A stretch of DNA of 15,758 nt from Pseudomonadota bacterium (GTDB lineage: Bacteria; Bdellovibrionota_G; JALEGL01; DATDPG01). The stretch is taken from the NCBI GenBank assembly GCA_043804515.1, contig JAZDIZ010000131.1, positions 1 through 15,758 on the forward strand, in the 5' to 3' direction. The notes below the pieces were generated by a model. That model ran no database searches. It was not told the origin of the DNA and saw only the letters and a list, made by a program, of their open reading frames with translations. Shown in pieces: positions 1-9,897 of the stretch. Numbering within the stretch: the first letter of the stretch is position 1; each line of letters opens with the position of its first letter. A program made the position numbers and the translations under genes.

Positions 1-132
1 GGCTACGCCTCACTGGATTCGAACGCCGTGACCGAGGACGCGGAGACCCAGCTTCAGGACCAGGCCAAGGCCGCGAAAAAAGGCATGTGGGCCGAGCCCG
101 CCAAAAAGAAGCACCAAAGACGGACATATTAG
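1..132 (+). CDS. 3' end of a probable thermonuclease (SNase-like) family protein, 5'-truncated by the window
   Basis: Frame +1 reads GYASLDSNAVTEDAETQLQDQAKAAKKGMWAEPAKKKHQRRTY* with TAG at 130-132. The GYA...QDQAKAAKKGMW pattern resembles the SNase-family C-terminus (G[LY]A...A+..+.G[LM]W). A terminator-like hairpin follows. Confidence 0.6.
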   Translation, partial: GYASLDSNAVTEDAETQLQDQAKAAKKGMWAEPAKKKHQRRTY

Positions 133-149
133 AAGAAGATATCTCTAAT

Positions 150-186
150 CGGGGACACGCGCTGGTCGTGTGTCCCCGTTTTTTAT
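150..186 (+). terminator. Intrinsic terminator-like hairpin between convergent genes; also a copy of the GGGGACAC palindrome family
   Basis: CGGGGACACGCG-ctggt-CGTGTGTCCCCG (150-178; 12-bp stem with one G-U pair) followed by TTTTTTAT. It lies between the stops at 132 (+) and 187 (-). Confidence 0.75.
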
Positions 187-1485
187 TCAAAACGTGTCAA
201 GGCTCGCGCTGGACCAAAATTGCTGGACGTCGCCGGCTCTGGCCTTCGCGATCCGCTCCTCCTGAAGCTTCGGGTCCATCGACCAGATTGGCTTCAGCGC
301 CTCGAGGTATGCAACCACGGTATCGCGCTCGTTCTTCTCGAGAAAGTCTTTGGCCAGGTTCATCGAAGGATGGCGGAGCTCCCAATCCGATCCTGGCCTT
401 CGCATCGCCCCCTTGAATTTCATCCCCGTCGCCGACACGGATTTCAGAAGATATTCCTTGGCCTTGACCCGGTCCCCCTCTTGAAGAGCGATGCGTCCCA
501 GGATCGTGTTGCCGTAATGAATGTAGTCCTGACGAAGCGCTTCATCTTCCGGGCTCGTTTCCAGCATCTTCTGCGCCTCCTGTTTCGCCAGGATCGTCAC
601 ACCCGCCTCGAAGGCAAGAGCCGCGATCTTCGGCCGATGCCAAGGCTGGATCTGTGGATCGGAAAGCCGCAGCCATTGCTGGTATTCCCCCAACGCCGCT
701 TCCAAATCAGCGCGCCGTTTCGCTGTGTTCATGATCCAAGCGGCCTGCCCCGACATATAGAATTCGGCCATTTTACGAGCCCATTTCGGGTTCTTTGGCT
801 CCAGCTTCTCGGCATCCCGCAGGAGATCCTCAGCCCGATCACGTTCCTTTGTCTTAAAGAAAATTGCCGCCGCGGCCAGTAGCACGGCCTTTCTGGGCCG
901 TTTTTGGACCTGAGCAGTCCATCGGTTCGTCGCACCCACCCAGAAATCATTGTCGTGATAAAGGTCGAATTTGATCCTGAGAGGCTCCGTGGCGAACGTG
1001 CTCATCGGTTGGTGATCGATGAACCAGTATATGTGCCCCTTCAACCGCCGCATGGAATCCTTTTCCCGTTCCATGAGCTGGTTCTTTTTTTCCATGAGGG
1101 CCTGGATCTTTTTACCGAAGACCTCTTTATCCATTTTCAAAATATCGACGCTCTCGTTCTCTTCGGGCAGCGTCATCCTCGCGGCGTAATAACGCACCAA
1201 TGCCGTCCTGGCCTTGAGGTCGTTCGGGCTTGTCTTCAACTTCGCCTCCAGGGATTGAGCTTCGGCCATGGAGACCGGTTTTCCGCCTTTGGCGGCGCTT
1301 CCATCAATGACGCCGCCACCGGTGCGAATTACGACCGATGGATCGTCCGAAAGTTCTGCACGGATCGGCGTTTTCTCCGGCGGCTTCTTCTCCCCCGCAG
1401 TCGCGACAGGGATCAGAAGGAGACAGACCCCGGGAATAAGGCCTTTAAGAGAAAGTGTGGCAGCTCGTTTTGTCTTGGATTTCAT
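187..1485 (-). CDS. Secreted all-helical TPR-like protein of unknown function
   Basis: 432-aa ORF with a basic N-terminus, hydrophobic stretch and A-T-A site (signal peptide). TPR-like helices include RAEDLLRDAEKLEPKNPKW and GNTILGRIALQEGDRVKAKEYL. A purine-rich GGGGG lies upstream of the ATG. Confidence 0.7.
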   Translation of the reverse strand: MKSKTKRAATLSLKGLIPGVCLLLIPVATAGEKKPPEKTPIRAELSDDPSVVIRTGGGVIDGSAAKGGKPVSMAEAQSLEAKLKTSPNDLKARTALVRYYAARMTLPEENESVDILKMDKEVFGKKIQALMEKKNQLMEREKDSMRRLKGHIYWFIDHQPMSTFATEPLRIKFDLYHDNDFWVGATNRWTAQVQKRPRKAVLLAAAAIFFKTKERDRAEDLLRDAEKLEPKNPKWARKMAEFYMSGQAAWIMNTAKRRADLEAALGEYQQWLRLSDPQIQPWHRPKIAALAFEAGVTILAKQEAQKMLETSPEDEALRQDYIHYGNTILGRIALQEGDRVKAKEYLLKSVSATGMKFKGAMRRPGSDWELRHPSMNLAKDFLEKNERDTVVAYLEALKPIWSMDPKLQEERIAKARAGDVQQFWSSASLDTF

Positions 1486-1537
1486 CGTTACCCCCGGGAA
1501 TTCGATTTTCGAAAGTGATTCTACTCCAAGTTAATTA

Positions 1538-1587
1538 GGGGCACACAACGGAACCCGTTATCGATTTCCCACCCGGTTGTGTGCCCC
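1538..1587. repeat. 12-bp perfect inverted repeat, variant of the GGGGACAC palindrome family
   Basis: GGGGCACACAAC (1538-1549), 26-nt spacer, GTTGTGTGCCCC (1576-1587). Confidence 0.8.
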
Positions 1588-1706
1588 ATTTTCCATTCCT
1601 CTCTGGATTTTTTTACTTTTCGAGGCCCACAACAAACGTGACCGGGTCGTTCTTGCGACTTATCCAAAGTCATGACGAGCGGGAACCTTCGATTCGGCGC
1701 CACTCC

Positions 1707-1829
1707 GGCAGGGCGGGCCGGTGCCGGAGCGGAGGTAAAGCGCAGGATCGCGCTGATGGGGGACACCCTTAAGGGTGTCCCCCGTGATACGATCCGAGCC
1801 ACGGAGCGTAGGCAACGGGCCGCCCTGCC
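1707..1829. repeat. Nested inverted-repeat element centred on a 26-bp perfect palindrome (REP/REPIN/MITE-like)
   Basis: Outer IR 1707-1725/1811-1829 (17 of 19 positions complementary); inner IR GGATCG 1745-1750/CGATCC 1790-1795; core GGGGGACACCCTTAAGGGTGTCCCCC at 1758-1783. Confidence 0.75.
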
Positions 1830-1853
1830 CACTGTGACTTTAGAATTTAGATG

Positions 1854-4457
<2,604 letters not shown>

Positions 4458-4478
4458 GCTTACGTTCTACCGGCGCGC

Positions 4479-4507
4479 ATTCTATCCTGGATCAGCTTTC
4501 TTTGGAA
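4479..4507 (-). promoter_or_regulatory. Possible sigma70-type promoter of secA
   Basis: Minus strand TTCCAA (4507-4502)-N17-TAGAAT (4484-4479), 21 nt upstream of the secA ATG. The -35 box is weak. Confidence 0.35.
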
Positions 4508-4546
4508 CGAAGCCCGCTTCGGGAATCGGATGCCGGTCGCCCGAGT

Positions 4547-5491
4547 TTAGTTGAGAAGGTATCGGTTCGGGTTAACGGGGACGCCGTCAACGCGAACTTC
4601 GTAATGAAGATGGGAGCCCGTCGTCCGGCCGGTGGCTCCCACCAAGGAAACCGGATCCCGCCGCGACACTCGCTGCCCCAGTTTCACCAGGATCTCGGAG
4701 TTGTGCCCGTACCGGGTCACCACACCGTAGCCGTGATTGAGGATCACCACTTTTCCGTAGCTCGGATCGGTTCCGACGAACGTCACCGTCCCATTCGCAG
4801 GGGCCAGCACCTTCGCGCCCCAGGGCGCCGCGATGTCGAGGCCTTCGTGGAGTTGTTTCATCCCCGTGAACGGGGAGACGCGGTATCCGAACTGGGAACT
4901 CACGAACCCCTGAGCGGGCCAGATGCTCGGTGTCGCCGAAAGCAGCGACTGCTGGTCTTTGAGGAGCTCGTACACTTCCTGGAGGCTTTGCTCCTGCAAC
5001 GAAGCACGGGCGCTCAGATCGTCGATCGAGAGTTCCAACGACTTCACCCGATAAGCGTACTCCGAGGGCTCCTTCTCTCCCGGCATCAGCATGGCCACCT
5101 TCGTGCCGTTTTCCATCGAGCTGATCGCCTCTTGTTCCTCGACCGTGATCGGTCCGATCCCGGGGTTCTGTTGCACGGTGTCCAGGCGCGCCAGGATTCT
5201 CAGCTTTTGTTCGAAGTTCTGCACCCGCACCAGCGTGGAATCCACCGTGCTCAGCTGGTTGTGGAGGTTCCTCAACTGCCCTTCGAGATACTGGTTCTTG
5301 AGGAGCGCTTCCTCGAATTCGCCGCTTTTGGCCAGATACCGAAGCGTCGTAAACGCGGTCACCACGGTCAGCACCATGAGGAAAGCCACGGCGCTCAGAG
5401 CCCAGATCAACGTATTGCGCGACAATACCCACTTGGTGACATGGGAACTCCGTTCCGGAACCACCATGAATGTGTAATAACGATTGCCCAA
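4547..5491 (-). CDS. M23-family metallopeptidase with N-terminal TM helix and coiled coil (peptidoglycan endopeptidase)
   Basis: 314 aa with TM segment LIWALSAVAFLMVLTVVTAF, a coiled coil, TPSIWPAQG, and zinc ligands HxxxD (HEGLD) and HxH (GSHLHYEV). TTG start with GAGGA upstream. Confidence 0.95.
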   Translation of the reverse strand: MGNRYYTFMVVPERSSHVTKWVLSRNTLIWALSAVAFLMVLTVVTAFTTLRYLAKSGEFEEALLKNQYLEGQLRNLHNQLSTVDSTLVRVQNFEQKLRILARLDTVQQNPGIGPITVEEQEAISSMENGTKVAMLMPGEKEPSEYAYRVKSLELSIDDLSARASLQEQSLQEVYELLKDQQSLLSATPSIWPAQGFVSSQFGYRVSPFTGMKQLHEGLDIAAPWGAKVLAPANGTVTFVGTDPSYGKVVILNHGYGVVTRYGHNSEILVKLGQRVSRRDPVSLVGATGRTTGSHLHYEVRVDGVPVNPNRYLLN

Positions 5492-5530
5492 AATTTCCTC
5501 AGTCCAAGATAACCGTACGTTTCAGCCGGC

Positions 5531-5558
5531 ATCCTAACGACGGATGCCGATCCGTCAA
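5531..5558 (-). promoter_or_regulatory. Probable sigma70-type promoter for the M23 peptidase (and possibly secA)
   Basis: Minus strand TTGACG (5558-5553)-N16-TAGGAT (5536-5531), about 40 nt upstream of the start at 5491. Confidence 0.55.
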
Positions 5559-5598
5559 AGAATTTTATATTCGGGAAGGATAAAACGGGAACGAAAGT

Positions 5599-6387
5599 TT
5601 ACTTTTCGTTCATGTTGACGACGTGGAGGGCGATCAACGTGATGTTGTCGTCGCCGCCTCTCTGGTTGGCCCTCTCCACCAAAACCCTTGAGGCCTCTTC
5701 CGGCTCGTTGACGGAAATCGCCTGCTCGATCTCCAAATCCGTAACCATGTTCGAAAGCCCGTCGGAACAGAGCAAATAGCGGTCGTCCTTCTCTACCTTC
5801 CACACCACCGTATCCACTTCGACCTCTTCCTGTACTCCGACCGAACGCGTGATGATGTTTTTCAGCTGGTGGGTTTTGGCCTCTTCCTCCGTGATGAGAC
5901 CGCTCTTGAGCTGTTCGTGGACCAGGGAATGGTCCTCGGTGATCTGGATGATCTTGCCTTCGCGAACACAATAGGCGCGGCTGTCGCCGACGTGAGCGAC
6001 ATAAGCCTTGTCGCCGATGAAGAGCATGATGGTGGCGGTGGTTCCCATCCCGCGCAGTTCAGGCTCTTCCGAAGCTCTCCGAACAATCACGCTCCCGGCT
6101 CGGGCTATGGCGTCCCGAAGCCGGTCGGCTTCGAACCGATCCCCTCCCCGCGATTGGCTTGCATCCAGGTAGGATTTCTCCTGCACCCGGGACTTCTTGC
6201 GGTCCTCCCCTTTGAGAATCTCCTCAACGGTGGAGACGGCGATCTTGCTCGCGAACTCCCCTCCGGCGTGCCCGCCCATGCCGTCCGCTACGATGTACAG
6301 CTTCAACTTGTCGTTTACGAGATAGCTGTCCTCGTTGCGTTGGCGCTTTCGGCCGATATCCGTAATGCCGCAGGAAATAATCTTCAT
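5599..6387 (-). CDS. PP2C-type Ser/Thr protein phosphatase (Stp1/PrpC family)
   Basis: 262 aa with TDIGRKRQRNED, VADGMGGHAGGEFAS, GMGTT, AHVGDSRAY, LLCSDGL and GGDDNIT motifs. Confidence 0.97.
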   Translation of the reverse strand: MKIISCGITDIGRKRQRNEDSYLVNDKLKLYIVADGMGGHAGGEFASKIAVSTVEEILKGEDRKKSRVQEKSYLDASQSRGGDRFEADRLRDAIARAGSVIVRRASEEPELRGMGTTATIMLFIGDKAYVAHVGDSRAYCVREGKIIQITEDHSLVHEQLKSGLITEEEAKTHQLKNIITRSVGVQEEVEVDTVVWKVEKDDRYLLCSDGLSNMVTDLEIEQAISVNEPEEASRVLVERANQRGGDDNITLIALHVVNMNEK

Positions 6388-6414
6388 GAAACCGTGACCG
6401 GAAGGTTTTTCATC

Positions 6415-8139
6415 TTATCGGACGGGTCTCCGGGCGTCAAAGCGATGATTCCCGCGGCCCAGGAGCTCCGAAGCGTAGTCTTTGGTCTTTTCGGTAACCT
6501 TGATCCCGCCGATCATCCGCGCCAGTTCGTCCTTCCTCTCCTTGTCCCCGAGCCGCTCCACCGAGGCCATGGTCCTTCCCTTTCTCACTTCCTTTTCGAC
6601 CCTAAGATGCGTCGTCGCATAGCACGCCACTTGGGCCAGGTGCGTCACGCAAAGCGCCTGCCGCCCCTTGGAAAGCGCCCGAAGCCGGATTCCCACGCGC
6701 TCAGCCGTCTCCCCGCCGATTCCCGAGTCCACCTCGTCGAAAAGGTACGTCATCCCGTCCGCATCCGCCCGCGCCAGGGCGACGCTCTTCACACCCAGGA
6801 GGATCCGGGAGAGCTCTCCTCCGGATGCGATCTTGGCCAGAGGCTTGAATCCCTCGCCCGGATTCGGGGCGAACAGGATGCGAACGTTCTCGGCGCCGAA
6901 CGGCCCGAAAAACTTTTGCCCCGCTTCCAGGCTGCCTTCGGCCGGAGGAGGCCCGAATTCGATCTTGAGATCCGCGGAGGGCATACCCAACGTACGCAAC
7001 TCCCTTGCGACCTCCTCCGTGAACCCGCGCCCCGCCTTCTCCCGCTCCGCCGTCAATTCCGCTCCCGCATCGACGAGTTCAGCGTACGACCCTTCGAGCG
7101 AGGCGCGAAGTTGCCGTTCCCTCAATTCGAAATCCTCGTGGGACAGGAGCGACGTGGCGATCCGGTCCCGCGTTTCGATCGCTTTCTCCAGTGAACCGTA
7201 TTTGCGCGCCAGGTTCTGCAACAGGGCCATCCGCGCGTTAATCGTGTCGATCTCGCCCTGTTCCACGGTCAGCGATCTCTTGTACCGGCCGACCTCTTCC
7301 GTCAATTCGGAGAAGCGGGCCGAGAGTTCTTCCAGCGTTTTTGTCCAGTTCTCCAGCGATGGATCCAGGCGCGCGGCGGACTTGAGATGGCCCCCGGCTT
7401 GGCGCATTTTCTCGTCCGCGCCTCCCTCCCCGGCCAGGAGCTGTTCCAGGTTTTCAACGGTTTCCGAGAGCTGGGCGCCGTGGGCCGCCCGGCGATGGGC
7501 GATTTCGAGTTCTTCGAGCTCCCCCGCCCGCAGGCGCGCCTCCTTCAGCTCCCGAAATTGAAACTCGAGAAAATCCCGGTTGCGAGCCGCCTCCGCCCGC
7601 TGCAGGAGGATCTCCTCCAATTCCCGGTGAAGTTTGAACGCTTTAAGATAGGCGGCGCGGTATCGGCCCAGGAGCGCCCCCAATCCTCCGTACGCGTCCA
7701 GCAGATCCCGGTGGAAATCCTCCGACAGCAACTGCTGAGTACCCCGCTGCCCGCTTATATCGATCCAATAGGGAGCGATCCGGCCCAGCCCCGACACGGT
7801 CCACGCAGCGTCATTCACGTAGGCCCGGCTCCGGCCATCCGAGTGAATCGTCCGCCGCAGAATGAGTTCAGGCGGTGACGGTTGAATTCCCGCCTCCCGG
7901 ATGATCGCCCATGCGGGCGAGGAGAACGGCAGTTCCAGCACCGCCTCCACCAAAGCGGTCTCTTCACCGCTGCGGACATCGTCGGCGGAGGCCCGATCCC
8001 CCGCCAGCAGGCCAAGGGCTCCGATCAGGATTGATTTCCCGGCCCCCGTCTCTCCGGTCAGGACATTGAGGCCCTTCTCAAAATCCACCCGTACTTCGGG
8101 AAGAATCGCAAGATTTCGGATCTTGAGTTCCCTCAACAT
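6415..8139 (-). CDS. recN: DNA repair protein RecN
   Basis: MLRELKIRN start (ATG at 8139 preferred over the ORF-track GTG at 8163 because it matches the typical RecN N-terminus). Walker A GETGAGKS, long coiled coil, ASGGELSR signature, Walker B YLFDEVDSG and VTHLAQVA. Confidence 0.97.
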   Translation of the reverse strand: MLRELKIRNLAILPEVRVDFEKGLNVLTGETGAGKSILIGALGLLAGDRASADDVRSGEETALVEAVLELPFSSPAWAIIREAGIQPSPPELILRRTIHSDGRSRAYVNDAAWTVSGLGRIAPYWIDISGQRGTQQLLSEDFHRDLLDAYGGLGALLGRYRAAYLKAFKLHRELEEILLQRAEAARNRDFLEFQFRELKEARLRAGELEELEIAHRRAAHGAQLSETVENLEQLLAGEGGADEKMRQAGGHLKSAARLDPSLENWTKTLEELSARFSELTEEVGRYKRSLTVEQGEIDTINARMALLQNLARKYGSLEKAIETRDRIATSLLSHEDFELRERQLRASLEGSYAELVDAGAELTAEREKAGRGFTEEVARELRTLGMPSADLKIEFGPPPAEGSLEAGQKFFGPFGAENVRILFAPNPGEGFKPLAKIASGGELSRILLGVKSVALARADADGMTYLFDEVDSGIGGETAERVGIRLRALSKGRQALCVTHLAQVACYATTHLRVEKEVRKGRTMASVERLGDKERKDELARMIGGIKVTEKTKDYASELLGRGNHRFDARRPVR

Positions 8140-8220
8140 CGGCGTGGGAACGGTGGCTAGCACGATTTCGGGCCTGTGTCGATTTGACGGAGCGGCCCGG
8201 GGGGCCTAGATGTAGCGGAC

Positions 8221-9228
8221 GTGAAATCTTCATTTGCCATCCTTGGGGCGGGAAGTTGGGGCACCGCCCTGGCTCAGGTTGTATGCAGCGCCGGCCATTC
8301 CGTGTTTCTTTGGGACCCGTGCACAGAGCTGATCGACGCGATCGAGACGCAACGGGAGAACACGCGGTACCACCCCGGGATCCCGCTTTCGAAGGGCATT
8401 CATGCAGGCCACGATCTCTCCGAGGTGGCTTCGGCCCGGTTCATTCTTCTGGCCACTCCCTCCCACGGCGTGCGCGAAACGTTTTGGCGGATCCGCAAGT
8501 GGATTGCCGACGACGCCGACGTGATTTGCGCCGCCAAGGGCTTGGACGGAAAGAGCCGCGGCACGCTTTCCGCCGTCGCGCGCGAGGAGTTGGGCTCTTC
8601 GAGGGCGCAGGAGCACTACACGGTGCTTTCGGGACCGAGCTTCGCGCACGAAGTCATTCGGGGATTTCCGACGGCCCTGACCGTGGCGGCATTCAACGAG
8701 AAAACCGGCCTGAGAGTGCAGGAGGCTCTTCACACGAGCCGTTTCCAGATCTACACGTCGGACGATGTGATCGGCGTCGAGATTTCCGGAGCGCTCAAAA
8801 ATGTCATCGCGATTACGGCCGGCGCGGCGGACGGATTCGGCTACGGATACAATGCCCGGGCCGGCCTGATCACGCGGGGTCTTCATGAAATCGCCCGGAT
8901 CGGAACGGCGATGGGAGCCCACCCTCTCACGTTTTCGGGCCTCGCAGGCCTCGGCGATCTTGTGCTGACGTGCACCGGCGATCTGTCCCGGAACCGGCGC
9001 GTGGGGCTCAAGCTGGCCCAGGGAAAATCGCTCAAGCAGATCATGAAGGAAGTCGGGCAGGTGGCGGAAGGGATCCGGACGGCCAAGACGGCGCACCTGC
9101 TGGCGCAGCAGATGAAAGTGGATGTTCCCATTCTGGAAGAGACGTATCTCTCGATCTACGAGAGAAAGAATCCGCAGCAGGCGATTCAAGATCTCTTGTC
9201 CCGCGAGCCACAGCCGGAACGCGATTAG
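8221..9228 (+). CDS. gpsA: NAD(P)H-dependent glycerol-3-phosphate dehydrogenase
   Basis: 335 aa with Rossmann GAGSWGTALA, LSGPSFA, GALKNVIAI and GLGDLVLTCTGDLSRNRR. Confidence 0.97.
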   Translation: MKSSFAILGAGSWGTALAQVVCSAGHSVFLWDPCTELIDAIETQRENTRYHPGIPLSKGIHAGHDLSEVASARFILLATPSHGVRETFWRIRKWIADDADVICAAKGLDGKSRGTLSAVAREELGSSRAQEHYTVLSGPSFAHEVIRGFPTALTVAAFNEKTGLRVQEALHTSRFQIYTSDDVIGVEISGALKNVIAITAGAADGFGYGYNARAGLITRGLHEIARIGTAMGAHPLTFSGLAGLGDLVLTCTGDLSRNRRVGLKLAQGKSLKQIMKEVGQVAEGIRTAKTAHLLAQQMKVDVPILEETYLSIYERKNPQQAIQDLLSREPQPERD

Positions 9229-9510
9229 CACGCGGCCTTTAAAGCAAAGCTGGGCGACCCGAAGGGGACGATGATGACCCCAAATCATCAGATGGAGCCG
9301 TCGGTGTTCCGTCGGCTCCGCCGGCAATCTAAGGCTCCGCCGCCGGAGCCCCCGCCGGCTCCTTGTCGGTAAGGCCGTCAACACCTTCATTCGTCCCGCC
9401 AGCATTTCCCTTCCAGCAAGGATGATTGTACGGCGGTTTTCAGAATGCCGATGAAAGAGCGCCAGTCTTACTGGCCTGCCACTCCTTTTGGAAAATAGGA
9501 AGGGCCACAG

Positions 9511-9768
9511 GTGAAACACAGGCTACCTTACGAAGTGCAGATCTATCTTCCAAACGAGACGTCGCCTTTTCAGAAAGAGAGCAGAAGCCTTTCTCGGAGC
9601 GGAGGCGCGGAGGGCCATCTCGCAGGGGCGTGCGCAGCAAGCGAGACCAAGACCGAAGATTGGGTGCCGCGGAAGTGGCTTCCGACGGGGCGTGCCGGAA
9701 ACGGCCGTCTCCATGCCTCTAAAACCACGGCCGTTGAGCGCCGAGCGGCGCCGAAGTGCGTAAACTGA
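9511..9768 (+). CDS. Possible small hypothetical protein (85 aa)
   Basis: GTG start preceded by AGGAAGGG; it fills part of an otherwise empty 670-bp gap. No recognisable motif, so it may be non-coding. Confidence 0.25.
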   Translation: MKHRLPYEVQIYLPNETSPFQKESRSLSRSGGAEGHLAGACAASETKTEDWVPRKWLPTGRAGNGRLHASKTTAVERRAAPKCVN

Positions 9769-9897
9769 GGCGACTGCGTCCCCGGCGGAAACACTTACGC
9801 GGCCACCGATCCAGAGAACTTGAGCAACCATTTCCGGAGCAAATTTGGTGCAGCGCCGGTGAGTGGGCTTACGCGCCGACGATCCCAAGACGAGGAT

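Noticed and set aside
4502..5512. 336-aa plus-strand ORF and 281-aa alternate minus-frame ORF over the M23 gene
   Set aside because: Both fully overlap a gene with intact catalytic motifs and have the Arg/Gly/Pro-rich composition typical of spurious frames.
5869..7194. 441-aa plus-strand ORF spanning PP2C and recN
   Set aside because: Antisense shadow frame crossing two real genes; no recognisable domain.
8140..8163. Upstream GTG start for recN from the ORF track
   Set aside because: RecN proteins typically begin ML..L.I.N, matching the ATG at 8139.
9255..9291. CTGATGA on the minus strand suggesting a hammerhead ribozyme core
   Set aside because: No correctly placed GAAA after a stem II, and no stems I or III could be built.
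8230..9519. 429-aa minus-strand ORF opposite gpsA
   Set aside because: It is the codon-aligned antisense frame of gpsA, with no motifs or SD; most likely a shadow ORF.
9229..9897. RNase P RNA, tmRNA, SRP RNA or tRNA in the large gap
   Set aside because: Hallmark motifs (GAGGAAAGTCC; tRNA-like TTCGA...CCA end; SRP CAGG..GGAA..AGCAG loop) were not found by eye on either strand.
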